In this document: one piece after another, positions 29,033-38,435 of the stretch | Layout: each line of letters opens with the position of its first letter | Position numbering within the stretch: position 1 is the first letter of the stretch | From: an uncultured Muribaculaceae bacterium | Lineage (GTDB): Bacteria; Bacillota_I; Bacilli_A; RF39; UBA660 | Direction: 5' to 3' | DNA length: 64,000 bases | NCBI GenBank assembly: GCA_964396655.1 | Contig: CAYNFP010000004.1 | Coordinates: 47,310-111,309 of the forward strand | Notes under the pieces: generated by a model | Database searches by the model: none | What the model saw: only the letters and a program-made list of their open reading frames with translations | What the model was told of the DNA's origin: nothing | Made by a program: the position numbers and the translations under genes

Positions 29033-29762
29033 TTTCTTTAACTAAATAAGCGATTGTTATATTGTCATTGCCACCCCTTGCATTAGCTTTTAAAATCAAT
29101 TTATTCACTTTTTCTTCTATATTTAATTCATCATCATTTAATACTCTTTCAATTTGTTCCTCATTTAATAGATTGGTAACCCCATCAGAACATAAAAATA
29201 TTTGATCTATATCTTTTTCTACATCAAAAATATCTATAGTTACTTTTTCACTAGCACCTAAAGCTTTCATTAAAACATTTTTTTGGGGATGATTAGCTGC
29301 TTCTTCGGGACTAAGTTCACCTGTTTCAACTAATACATTTACTAAAGTATGATCTTTAGTAACTTTATATATTTTTCTATTTTTCATTACATAAGCTCTT
29401 GAATCCCCAATATTACCAAATATTAAATAATCTTTGGTTAAAATTGAGCATACACAAGTTGTTCCCAAACCACTTGCTTCAGGATTCTTTTCAGCATATT
29501 TCAATATTTTTAAATTTACTTCATCAGTTATTTCTTTTAACCAGTTAACAGCTTCTTCTTTAGTTCCTATACTACTAATTGAAGAAAAACGTTTACCCAT
29601 TTCAGTTACAGTTAAAGATGAAGCAACCTCACCAGCTTTGTGTCCCCCCATACCATCCGCAACTACAAGAAGATATTCTCCTCCAACATTTTTTACTATA
29701 GTAACACTGTCTTCATTATGACTTCTAACTTTTCCTGCATCAGTTTGATAATATGTTAACAT
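29001..29762 (-). CDS. prpC: PP2C-family Ser/Thr phosphatase
   Basis: GKVRSHNEDS, VADGMGGH, LCSDG, DNIT. Start moved to MLTYYQTD, overlapping the rlmN stop. Confidence 0.9.
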   Translation of the reverse strand: MLTYYQTDAGKVRSHNEDSVTIVKNVGGEYLLVVADGMGGHKAGEVASSLTVTEMGKRFSSISSIGTKEEAVNWLKEITDEVNLKILKYAEKNPEASGLGTTCVCSILTKDYLIFGNIGDSRAYVMKNRKIYKVTKDHTLVNVLVETGELSPEEAANHPQKNVLMKALGASEKVTIDIFDVEKDIDQIFLCSDGVTNLLNEEQIERVLNDDELNIEEKVNKLILKANARGGNDNITIAYLVKESGDTVDSQRS

Positions 29763-30784
29763 ATATCTTCCTCCCTTTTTCTGGCTCTTAATTGACCACA
29801 AGCGGCTGATAAACCACTACCCATTTCTCTTCTTACTGTACACTCTATTCCATTCTTAATTAGTATATCATAAAATTCCATAATTTTACAATGCTCTGAT
29901 CTTTTAAATTGTATATTTTCTGTTTCATTATAAGGTATTATATTTACATAAACTAATTTACCTTTTAAAAGTTTAGAAAGCTCAGTAGCATACTTTTTAC
30001 TATCATTTACATTCTTTAACATTATATATTCTATAGTTACTCTTCTATTTGTCTTTTCAATATAATAATCAACCGCTTCCATTAATTCTTTAATTTTATA
30101 TGTTTTATTTATTCCCATTAAAGTACTTCTTAATTCATCACTCGGGGCATGCAAAGATATGGCAAGATTAATTTGAGTTTTTAAATCAGCAAATTCATAT
30201 ATTTTAGGAATTATACCACAAGTAGAAACAGTGATTTTTCTTCCTCCTAAACCTATCATTTTAGGATTATTTATTATAGAAATAAATTTAATAAAATTAT
30301 CATAATTATCAAATGGTTCACCAATACCCATTATAACTATATTATCTATTCTAGAATTTATAGCATTCTCAATCATCAAAACTTGAAGAATCATCTCAGA
30401 AACAGTCAAGTTTCTTACTTTTTTCAATCTGCCACTTTCACAAAAAGCACATCCCATATTACATCCAACTTGAGATGATATACACAAACTTTTTCCATAA
30501 TCATGAAACATTAGAACACATTCTATTTTATTTTCATCTTTTAATTTTAATAAATATTTTGAAGTTTCTTTTCCTTTTTCTTCAACTTCTATTTCTAAGA
30601 AATCAAATATAAATTTTTCATTCAAAAACTTTATTAAGTTTTTACTTAAATTAGTCATTAAATTAAAATCATATACTTTTTTTCTGTAAATCCAATCTAT
30701 TAATTGAGAAGCATTAAATTTTTTAAATCCATTTCTTATTAAAATATCTTCTATTTCATATAAAGTATAATCAAAAATATTCAT
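29756..30784 (-). CDS. rlmN: 23S rRNA/tRNA (adenine-C2)-methyltransferase, radical SAM
   Basis: CNMGCAFCESG, GIGEP, C-terminal ...AACGQLR. Confidence 0.9.
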   Translation of the reverse strand: MNIFDYTLYEIEDILIRNGFKKFNASQLIDWIYRKKVYDFNLMTNLSKNLIKFLNEKFIFDFLEIEVEEKGKETSKYLLKLKDENKIECVLMFHDYGKSLCISSQVGCNMGCAFCESGRLKKVRNLTVSEMILQVLMIENAINSRIDNIVIMGIGEPFDNYDNFIKFISIINNPKMIGLGGRKITVSTCGIIPKIYEFADLKTQINLAISLHAPSDELRSTLMGINKTYKIKELMEAVDYYIEKTNRRVTIEYIMLKNVNDSKKYATELSKLLKGKLVYVNIIPYNETENIQFKRSEHCKIMEFYDILIKNGIECTVRREMGSGLSAACGQLRARKREEDIC

Positions 30785-30785
30785 A

Positions 30786-32573
30786 TTATTCCATCACTAT
30801 TTTAAGACGTCTAACACCTGCTGATGAAGACTCTTCTTTTATTATTTTAAATTTACCAAGTTCATTTGTATTTTTAACATGTGGCCCTCCACATATTTCT
30901 TTAGAAACATTAGGAATAGTATAAACAGAAACTAAAGAACCATATTTGTCAGTAAATATTCCTTCTGCGCCACTTTTTTTAGCTTCTTCATAACTCATTT
31001 CTTCCCTTATTACAGGAAGTGAACCATCGATTACTTTATTAACTTTTTCAGTAAGTATTTCTTTTTCTTCATCTGTCATTTTATGGTCTAGTGGAAAATC
31101 TAATCTAAGTCTTTCTGGAGTTATATTGGCTCCTCTTTGTATTACAGAGTCACCAAACATTTCTTTAAGGCAAGCTAATGTAATATGAGCTAGGGTATGA
31201 TATTTAGTGCTCTCATAAGAATCATCTGCAAGACCACCCTTAAATTCACCTACAGAGGCTGTTCTGGATTTTTCTTGATGTTCTTTAAACTTATCATTAA
31301 ATCCATTTACATCTACTTTTATATTATTTTCTTTAGCAAGTTCAATAGTAAATTCTAAGGGAAAACCAAAAGTATCAAATAACTTAAATGCATTGGTGCC
31401 ATCTATTTCATTATTATTAATATTTTTAGTTATTTTATTAAACATTTTAAGTCCAGAATTAAGAGTTTTATTAAATTTTTCTTCTTCTTTTAATAACTCT
31501 TCTATAATAAAATTCTTATTTCTAATTAATTCATTATAATCCATTCCATAATCATTTATAAACACTGTAGCTAAATCTTCTAAAATAGAATGATTTATAT
31601 TCAAACTTTTAATATATCTGATAGCCCTTCTTATTAATCTTCTTAATACATAGCCACTTCCAGTATTTGAAGGAGTTAATTTATGATCATCACCTAAAAT
31701 AAATACACTTGTTCTAACATGATCCATAATAATTCTAAAAGCTTTTTTATTATCTTCATATTTTAATTTACTTAATTCTTCTAATTTTAATATACTATTT
31801 CTAAATATTTCTGTATCATAAACACTCTTTTTACCATTTAAAACCGTAAGAGTTCTTTCAACTCCCATACCAGTATCAACATTTTTATTTTGAAGAGGTG
31901 TATATACTCCATTATTGGAATTAAATTCCATAAAAACATCATTCCAAATTTCTAAATATTTTCCACAACTACATGAAGGATTACAATTATCAGAACATTT
32001 TTCCTTACCTGTATCATAAAACATCTCTGAATCAGGTCCACAAGGACCACTTCCACTACCTAATTCCCACCAATTATGTTCTTTACTTAAAAAGAATATA
32101 TGACTTTCTTCTACTCCACATTCTTTCCATAAATTATAACTTTCTGTGTCTTTTGGAGCATTTTCATTACCAGCAAATACAGTAAAATAAAGTTTATCTT
32201 TAGGTAAACTTAAGTATTCATCACTTGTTAAAAATTCAAATGACCAAGGAATCATACTCTCTTTAAAATAATCCCCAAAAGACCAATTTCCTAACATTTC
32301 AAAAAATGTGCAGTGAGAATCATCTCCAACTCCATCTATATCACTTGTTCTTATACATTTTTGAACATCACAAACTCTCTTTCCTTCTGGATGAGGTGTT
32401 CCAAGTAAATATGGAACTAAAGGATGCATACCTGCAGTTGTAAATAAAACAGTTGGGTCATTTTCTGGTATTAAACTAGCACTCGGTATTATTTTATGTC
32501 CTTTATTTTCAAAAAATTTTAAATACATATCTATTAAGTATCTTCTTGTTAATTCTTTCATAAATTCCTCCAA
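30786..32573 (-). CDS. alaS: alanine--tRNA ligase, short form (catalytic + tRNA-recognition + editing domains, no C-Ala domain)
   Basis: FTTAGM, FFEMLGNWSFGDYFK, editing HxxxH (HTLAHITL) and CGGPHV. The protein ends right after ...AGVRRLKIV at 595 aa. Confidence 0.75.
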   Translation of the reverse strand: MEEFMKELTRRYLIDMYLKFFENKGHKIIPSASLIPENDPTVLFTTAGMHPLVPYLLGTPHPEGKRVCDVQKCIRTSDIDGVGDDSHCTFFEMLGNWSFGDYFKESMIPWSFEFLTSDEYLSLPKDKLYFTVFAGNENAPKDTESYNLWKECGVEESHIFFLSKEHNWWELGSGSGPCGPDSEMFYDTGKEKCSDNCNPSCSCGKYLEIWNDVFMEFNSNNGVYTPLQNKNVDTGMGVERTLTVLNGKKSVYDTEIFRNSILKLEELSKLKYEDNKKAFRIIMDHVRTSVFILGDDHKLTPSNTGSGYVLRRLIRRAIRYIKSLNINHSILEDLATVFINDYGMDYNELIRNKNFIIEELLKEEEKFNKTLNSGLKMFNKITKNINNNEIDGTNAFKLFDTFGFPLEFTIELAKENNIKVDVNGFNDKFKEHQEKSRTASVGEFKGGLADDSYESTKYHTLAHITLACLKEMFGDSVIQRGANITPERLRLDFPLDHKMTDEEKEILTEKVNKVIDGSLPVIREEMSYEEAKKSGAEGIFTDKYGSLVSVYTIPNVSKEICGGPHVKNTNELGKFKIIKEESSSAGVRRLKIVME

Positions 32574-32851
32574 TTAATTTTGTATACTTTATCTATTTTA
32601 AATTTAAATGGTATTTTTACAGCAATCATATCATATTTTTTATCTTTTATAACATTATCATCGACTTCAAAAATATCTAATGAAATTTTAATATAGTATT
32701 TTACTATATCTTGCATATTATTATCATTTAAAAATTTTTTTAAACCTTTTAAAGAAAGATTAATAGCTTTATTATTATAATTTTTATTTTTATTATAAAT
32801 CAACTCTTTTAACTTTGATTCTTCTTTTGTTAATCCATAATATACAATCAT
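32558..32851 (-). CDS. hypothetical protein (97 aa from MIVYYGL...)
   Basis: AGGTGG SD 7 nt before the internal ATG. 16-nt overlap with the alaS start. Confidence 0.5.
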   Translation of the reverse strand: MIVYYGLTKEESKLKELIYNKNKNYNNKAINLSLKGLKKFLNDNNMQDIVKYYIKISLDIFEVDDNVIKDKKYDMIAVKIPFKFKIDKVYKINWRNL

Positions 32852-32896
32852 AACAATCCACCTAATCAAATAAATTATATCATTATTTATTTAATT

Positions 32897-32918
32897 AAAA
32901 AAGAGTTTATTAACTCTT
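32897..32918 (-). terminator. intrinsic terminator after pilin-like gene A
   Basis: aagagtt/aactctt stem, loop tatt, T-rich tail on the minus strand. Confidence 0.55.
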
Positions 32919-32920
32919 TA

Positions 32921-34276
32921 TTATTCTAAAGTTGAAGTATAACCTTCAGGACAAGATGTTTGATTATATAAATATTTTGTTCCTGTATAATCCCATTTAG
33001 TATAGCCAGACTCTGATCTAGCCCAAGCCTCACATCTTCCAGTTCCTACATTTGTTGATTCGCTTAACCTAATATCATCTTCATCTCCACCAGACCAATA
33101 TAGAGTTACCCCATTACAACTATTGTAATCTAAATCTTGTATTCCATCATTACCTGATATCAATAATTCTTTTATATTTGAAACAGTACAAAGCCTTGAC
33201 ATATTTTGAGAAGTTCGTCCCTGAACAACACAGTTAGTATATAAAGTACCGTTATTTACAAGACTAAATGTATAATTATATGTCCATAAGTCTGATTCAC
33301 AGCCCACAGCAGAGCAATTAGTATTACCATCCGTTTGACAAGCCGTAATTGCAGATGACTCAGATGTATAACTACATGTAGTACTTGTATTTACTTTTGA
33401 ACATGTGTAAGTTATTAATTTTGTTATAGCATAATATGTTACATTTGAAGAAATAGCCAGACTTTGAGATGCATCATACTGCTTAGTAGTTGCAGATAAG
33501 TTTGTATTCCATCCTATAACTGAATATCCAGAATTTGGAGTTATTGAAGGAAGAGTTATTAAGCAAGAAGTTTGAGTATTATACATATTACAATTTAATG
33601 ATGTAGCCGATATTGAAGCTGCAGTATTTTTATCAAATGTTGCGACTATATTCTTACTAGTTATGGCATAATATGTTACATTATTATCATTTGCTCCAAT
33701 TTCTATATTAGAACTAACATCATAAGTTGAAGTAGTTGAAGAAGGTGATTTACCCCATCCAATTATGGTATGTCCCTCTCTTGTAATTGTTGGAATTGTT
33801 ACTGTACATGTACTTCCATTTAATGTCTTACAACCTACCCCTTCTGCACTTATATTTGTAGCACCATTTGCATCAAAGTTTATTGCCACTTCAATTTCCA
33901 TTGGTCCTTTAAAAGCTTGAATGACTGAGCTTTTTAATTTTATTGTTATAGCATCATCATTCATTATTGAATTATCTCTTGGATCTAACACACAGCCAAA
34001 AGCTCTTTCACAAGTTTCATCTTCATCTAAATATCCTGTTGCCAATAAAGTTTCCACACTTATTTGTATAGTATCAGCTTCTCCAAAAGCATCTTTATTA
34101 TTTTTTCCATATAATTCTGCAGCTCTTAAAATTGAGTTCATTTTTGAATCATATGCTCTTTCTTTAATTGATTTACTTATTAAAATAGCTGTAGGTATAG
34201 CAACAGATAATATTATTCCTATTGTAACTATTACTAATAATATTTCAGTTATTGTAAAGCCTTTTTTATTTTTCAT
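32921..34276 (-). CDS. prepilin-type N-terminal cleavage/methylation domain protein with two Listeria-Bacteroides-type (Flg_new-like) repeats and a Cys-rich C-terminal domain (paralog A, 451 aa)
   Basis: MKNKKG|FTITE leader with hydrophobic helix. Two repeats of FDxN....C......C.(I/V)T.P.IT..G(Y/H).(I/V)(I/L)GW......T..YD.......(V/T)YYA(I/V). Confidence 0.8.
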   Translation of the reverse strand: MKNKKGFTITEILLVIVTIGIILSVAIPTAILISKSIKERAYDSKMNSILRAAELYGKNNKDAFGEADTIQISVETLLATGYLDEDETCERAFGCVLDPRDNSIMNDDAITIKLKSSVIQAFKGPMEIEVAINFDANGATNISAEGVGCKTLNGSTCTVTIPTITREGHTIIGWGKSPSSTTSTYDVSSNIEIGANDNNVTYYAITSKNIVATFDKNTAASISATSLNCNMYNTQTSCLITLPSITPNSGYSVIGWNTNLSATTKQYDASQSLAISSNVTYYAITKLITYTCSKVNTSTTCSYTSESSAITACQTDGNTNCSAVGCESDLWTYNYTFSLVNNGTLYTNCVVQGRTSQNMSRLCTVSNIKELLISGNDGIQDLDYNSCNGVTLYWSGGDEDDIRLSESTNVGTGRCEAWARSESGYTKWDYTGTKYLYNQTSCPEGYTSTLE

Positions 34277-34313
34277 ATTAACACCTATGTTAATAATATC
34301 ATAATTTTTATAC

Positions 34314-34345
34314 TAAAAAAAGTAAACAACTTCTAGTTGTTTACT
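34314..34345 (-). terminator. intrinsic terminator after pilin-like gene B
   Basis: 10-bp stem agtaaacaac/gttgtttact, 5-nt loop, T7 tail on the minus strand. Confidence 0.7.
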
Positions 34346-34352
34346 TTTATAA

Positions 34353-35633
34353 TTATTGTTCTGTCCATCCAGCAGGACAATAAGCTTGATTATATAAATA
34401 ACATGTACTTCCTGATAATGTTCCGGTAGAACAACTATAAGTTGTTGTTGCGGTAGCAGCAGTATAAGTTGAACAAGTCGAAGAACTTACAACAGTACCA
34501 TTACATACATAATCACTAGTACAAGCATATCTGCAATAATAATAATTGTTTGCAGTATCACAACCATGACTATCTTCACATAATAATGCGTAGCTTCCTC
34601 CATGTGTTCCTGTACAGTAAACTCTGTCATTATCATCTCTATCCCAACATTTCCAATAGGTATGTTCTTCAACGTCAGCCTCTGTAGTTGTTATACATTG
34701 ATTACCTGATAATGTTCCAACACTACAAGAATATGTTGTAGTTGATGTTGCAACTTTAGTACATGTAACTGGTGTTTTTTGTACTGCATAATAAGTAATA
34801 TTTGATGTTATTGGAATTAATTCTGATTGGTCATATTGCTTAGTTGTTGCAGCTGAATTTGTATTCCATCCAACAGCAACATAACCAGAAGCGGCTGTTA
34901 TAGTAGGAGAAGTTATTGTACACCCTGTTTGAGTATTATATATTGTACAATTAGCTGATGTAGCACTAATTGAACTTGCATTATTTTTATTAAATGTTGC
35001 CACTAAATTTTTACTAGTTACAGCATAATATGTTGAATCGTTATCAGTTGAACCAATTTCTATATTAGAACTCACATCATAACTTGAAGTTGTTGCGGAT
35101 GATGACTTACTCCATCCTAATATTGTATATCCATCTCTTGTAATTGTGGGAGCTGTAACTATACATGTACTTCCATTTAATGTGTTACATCCCACCGCTT
35201 CTGCTCCTATAGAAGTTGCACCATTTGCATTAAAATTTAAAGATAATGTAACTTCCATCGGACCTACAAAAGCTTGAACAACTAGTTTTTTTATTTTTAT
35301 TGTTATAGGATCATCATTCATTATTGAATCATCTCTTGGATCAAGCACACAACCAAAAGTTCTTTCACAAGCCTCATCTTCATCTACATATCCATTTGCT
35401 AATAGAGTCTCTACACTTATTTGTATTACTTCTGATTCTCCAAAAACGTCTTTATTGTTCTTTCCATATAGTTCTGCAGCCACTATAATTGAATCCATTT
35501 TTGAGTCATATGATCTTTCTTTTATTGATTTGCTTATTAAAATAGCTGTAGGTATAGCTATGGATAATATTATACCTATTATAACTATTACTAATAATAT
35601 TTCAGTTAATGTAAAGCCTTTTTTATTTTTCAT
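34353..35633 (-). CDS. prepilin-type N-terminal cleavage/methylation domain protein with Flg_new-like repeats and a Cys-rich C-terminal domain (paralog B, 426 aa)
   Basis: MKNKKG|FTLTE leader. About 75% identical by eye to paralog A over the first ~285 aa, then divergent. Both end in YLYNQxxCPxG(Y/W)T. Confidence 0.8.
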   Translation of the reverse strand: MKNKKGFTLTEILLVIVIIGIILSIAIPTAILISKSIKERSYDSKMDSIIVAAELYGKNNKDVFGESEVIQISVETLLANGYVDEDEACERTFGCVLDPRDDSIMNDDPITIKIKKLVVQAFVGPMEVTLSLNFNANGATSIGAEAVGCNTLNGSTCIVTAPTITRDGYTILGWSKSSSATTSSYDVSSNIEIGSTDNDSTYYAVTSKNLVATFNKNNASSISATSANCTIYNTQTGCTITSPTITAASGYVAVGWNTNSAATTKQYDQSELIPITSNITYYAVQKTPVTCTKVATSTTTYSCSVGTLSGNQCITTTEADVEEHTYWKCWDRDDNDRVYCTGTHGGSYALLCEDSHGCDTANNYYYCRYACTSDYVCNGTVVSSSTCSTYTAATATTTYSCSTGTLSGSTCYLYNQAYCPAGWTEQ

Positions 35634-35673
35634 AAGAATCTCCTATAATAATAATACCATATTTTTTATAATA

Positions 35674-35707
35674 AAAAAAGTAAACACTCTTTTTAGGTTG
35701 TTTACTT
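35674..35707 (-). terminator. possible terminator after cdaR (imperfect copy of the 34314..34345 hairpin)
   Basis: agtaaaca/tgtttact stem with a 12-nt loop and an A-run on the plus strand. Confidence 0.4.
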
Positions 35708-35715
35708 TTATTAAT

Positions 35716-37074
35716 TTATTGAATGATTATTGTTACTTTAGATGTTTTTGAAGTATATGATAATTTTAAATCATTTCCAGTTACTTTTACTGGTACTTCC
35801 CATTCTCCGGCTGTTAAATCTGTTAAGTCAACATAAGCTTTAATATCTTCTGTTGTAAGTGAATTTAACAATGTAGAAGTACCCTTTACTACAACAGTTA
35901 CTGAAGTACTTGTTTTACCATAAGCTTTTAAACCATCACCCAAGTTACGAAGTTCTATACTTACATCTTGAAATTCCTTAGAAGTTTCTTTTTCCATTTG
36001 AACTTTAACAGTTATATTCTTTTCACTCATAGATCTTACCCCAAGAGGTTTTTCTATAGAAGTTTGGAATGTTTTATCATCGTTTAAACCATTAACATCA
36101 ATTTGAACTTCAATACTCTCTATTCCAGAAAGAACTGTTTCATCAGCATATATAGTTACTTTTGTAACACTTGATGTTATAGACGCGATAGCGGCACCAC
36201 TTGCAACTTCTCCTACAGGGACTATTTTAATTGGAACAGTCTTACTTGGAGAATTTATTACTACAGTAGCAGTTAATGTCTCTGGTAATATTTCTATATT
36301 CTTAATTTCTTTACCTTTTTCATCATAAGCAATTAATTTTACATTATCTAATGTATAAGTTCCTGCCGCATTAGCATTTAATGCATTAACATCTACAATT
36401 GCTTTTACTGAAGCTACTTTTTCTAACTTCTCAGCATAACTTTTAATTATTACTTCATCTCTTCCTAAAGTTACATTACTTACTACTAATTTTTCATCTA
36501 GTTTATCTGTATTTAATATATCAGTTGTTACTGTTCTAACCTCTCTAACAATTGGATAAATAACAACCGTTACTGATGAAGGATCCAATTTATATTGTAA
36601 TGTGTTTATAGGATTATTATATTTTAATTTAACTTTATGAGTTCCAGTACTAAGTCCAGATAAATCCAAAGTTACTTTATGCTCACCTAATTGTTGAGCT
36701 AAATATAAGTCACTTTTTCTACCCATTAATACTATATCAACTGTCGAAGGGATTCCCTCAACAATATAAGATTCTTCATTATATTCAACTTCTACTTTTT
36801 GATTAGAAATAACTGTGGCTTCTGTTTCTACCAAAGTCACTACCTTTCTATCTATTACGAAAAATGTTACGAATGCTAATATTAATGAAATATATACTAT
36901 CATGTTGGGTTTATTTAACATTCTATCTATTAAACTAGGTCCATTTGGATTTTTATTCATTAATTTATATATTAATTTACTAATAGGAGTAATTAATATA
37001 ACATCTATTACTTTATATATACCAAGACCAATTTTTTTAAAGAAGGAACCTGTCTTAGATATGATTTTCTTCAT
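35716..37074 (-). CDS. cdaR: YbbR-domain protein, regulator of diadenylate cyclase
   Basis: N-terminal TM segment and repeated YbbR-like beta domains. Start placed at MKKIISK, 9 nt after the AAGGAGG SD inside the cdaA 3' end. Confidence 0.8.
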   Translation of the reverse strand: MKKIISKTGSFFKKIGLGIYKVIDVILITPISKLIYKLMNKNPNGPSLIDRMLNKPNMIVYISLILAFVTFFVIDRKVVTLVETEATVISNQKVEVEYNEESYIVEGIPSTVDIVLMGRKSDLYLAQQLGEHKVTLDLSGLSTGTHKVKLKYNNPINTLQYKLDPSSVTVVIYPIVREVRTVTTDILNTDKLDEKLVVSNVTLGRDEVIIKSYAEKLEKVASVKAIVDVNALNANAAGTYTLDNVKLIAYDEKGKEIKNIEILPETLTATVVINSPSKTVPIKIVPVGEVASGAAIASITSSVTKVTIYADETVLSGIESIEVQIDVNGLNDDKTFQTSIEKPLGVRSMSEKNITVKVQMEKETSKEFQDVSIELRNLGDGLKAYGKTSTSVTVVVKGTSTLLNSLTTEDIKAYVDLTDLTAGEWEVPVKVTGNDLKLSYTSKTSKVTIIIQ

Positions 37075-37891
37075 TAGAATCATCCTCCTTCTTAACTTCT
37101 TCATCAGCCTCATAGAATACTTCTTTCTTAGGTTGAAGTTCTTCCATTAATAACATTTTAGCATCATCAACTGATAAATTATAATTTAACTCACTTTTTA
37201 CTGCAATACTAATTCTACCAGTTTCTTCAGATACAACTATTGCTATTGCATCTGTTATTTCCGAAATACCTAAAGCAGCTCTATGTCTAGTTCCGAGTCT
37301 TTTAGAAACTCCAGGATTCATACTTGTTGGAAATATTACACTAGCACAAGTTATCTTTTCGCCTTGAATAATTACAGCTCCATCATGTAAAGGATTATTT
37401 GGGAAAAATATTGAAACTAATAACTCACTTGATATATCTGCATATATTTTATTTGCGGGTTCTATATATTGATGCAAACTATAATCTCTTTCTATTGCGA
37501 TTAAAGCACCTATTCTGTTTTTCTTTAAATAATCTAAAGCTTGAGTAATTTCATAAACTAATTTTTCTCTTTGATCTACTGTTAATACTTTATGTCTTCC
37601 TAATAGTTTACTTCTACCAATACTTTCTAATACAGTTCTAATTTCGGGTTGAAATATAACTATTAAGGCTATTGGAGCCCATTCAATTACATATTCTAGT
37701 ATTATACCTATAGTATTTAAATTTAATAATTGGCTTACTACTTTTATCAAAATTAATACAAGAACACCCTTAAAAATTAATATTAATTTTACGTTATTCC
37801 TTAAATATTTTAATATAAAATAAAATAACATCCATACAAAAGCTATATCTATTATTTTTGTTATTACATTTAAAATGGCATTGTAATCCAT
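37055..37891 (-). CDS. cdaA: diadenylate cyclase (c-di-AMP synthase), membrane-bound
   Basis: Three N-terminal TM segments, then a DAC domain with DGAVII and GTRHRAALG. Confidence 0.9.
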   Translation of the reverse strand: MDYNAILNVITKIIDIAFVWMLFYFILKYLRNNVKLILIFKGVLVLILIKVVSQLLNLNTIGIILEYVIEWAPIALIVIFQPEIRTVLESIGRSKLLGRHKVLTVDQREKLVYEITQALDYLKKNRIGALIAIERDYSLHQYIEPANKIYADISSELLVSIFFPNNPLHDGAVIIQGEKITCASVIFPTSMNPGVSKRLGTRHRAALGISEITDAIAIVVSEETGRISIAVKSELNYNLSVDDAKMLLMEELQPKKEVFYEADEEVKKEDDSNEENHI

Positions 37892-37929
37892 GGTTTTTCC
37901 TCCATCTCACTCATAATAAATTATACATC

Positions 37930-37958
37930 AAAAAAGATATATTTTCTATATCTTTTTT
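37930..37958 (-). terminator. intrinsic terminator after the 37972..38349 gene
   Basis: aaaagatata/tatatctttt 10-bp AT-rich stem with a 5-nt loop. Confidence 0.5.
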
Positions 37959-37971
37959 ATTTTAATGTAAA

Positions 37972-38349
37972 CTACTTTAATTCTTCTATTTCAATTCTGG
38001 GTTGTTCTTGTTCTGGTTTTACTTCGGGTTCTATTTCAACTGGAGCCACATTTACTTCAGTAGGCACTACTGGTGTTGAATCTAGTTCAAATTCTGGCAT
38101 TGGTGGTGCCGGATTGAACTCTTCTGTAGGAACTGTTGGTACAGGATTAACCGGTACATCATTAATCTCTACATTTTCTTGAATTGGTTCTACAGGCACT
38201 GTTACTTCTGGAGTAACACTGTCTTCTTCCTCTGATTTATTTCTTTTTCTAAGATCTACTATAAAACCTATTAATGCAAAAAATAATATTCCTGCAGCTA
38301 TTAAAAAGTAGATATAATTACCAGCCAAAAAATCTAAAAACTTTTCCAT
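37972..38349 (-). CDS. hypothetical membrane-anchored Pro/Glu/Val-rich protein
   Basis: One TM segment, then a PV/PE-rich low-complexity region. Confidence 0.6.
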   Translation of the reverse strand: MEKFLDFLAGNYIYFLIAAGILFFALIGFIVDLRKRNKSEEEDSVTPEVTVPVEPIQENVEINDVPVNPVPTVPTEEFNPAPPMPEFELDSTPVVPTEVNVAPVEIEPEVKPEQEQPRIEIEELK

Positions 38350-38435
38350 AAATATATTGCCTCCTTATTCTAAAATTATTTTAACATTTAAACTTTAATT
38401 ATTCAAGTTATGTCATTAATTTATATGTTTTTTTA

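Noticed and set aside
32574-32920. A T-box or other leader upstream of the AlaRS gene.
   Set aside because: A plausible 97-codon ORF with a good SD occupies the space, and I could not find a T-box consensus (AATTAGGGTGGTACCGCG-like) sequence.
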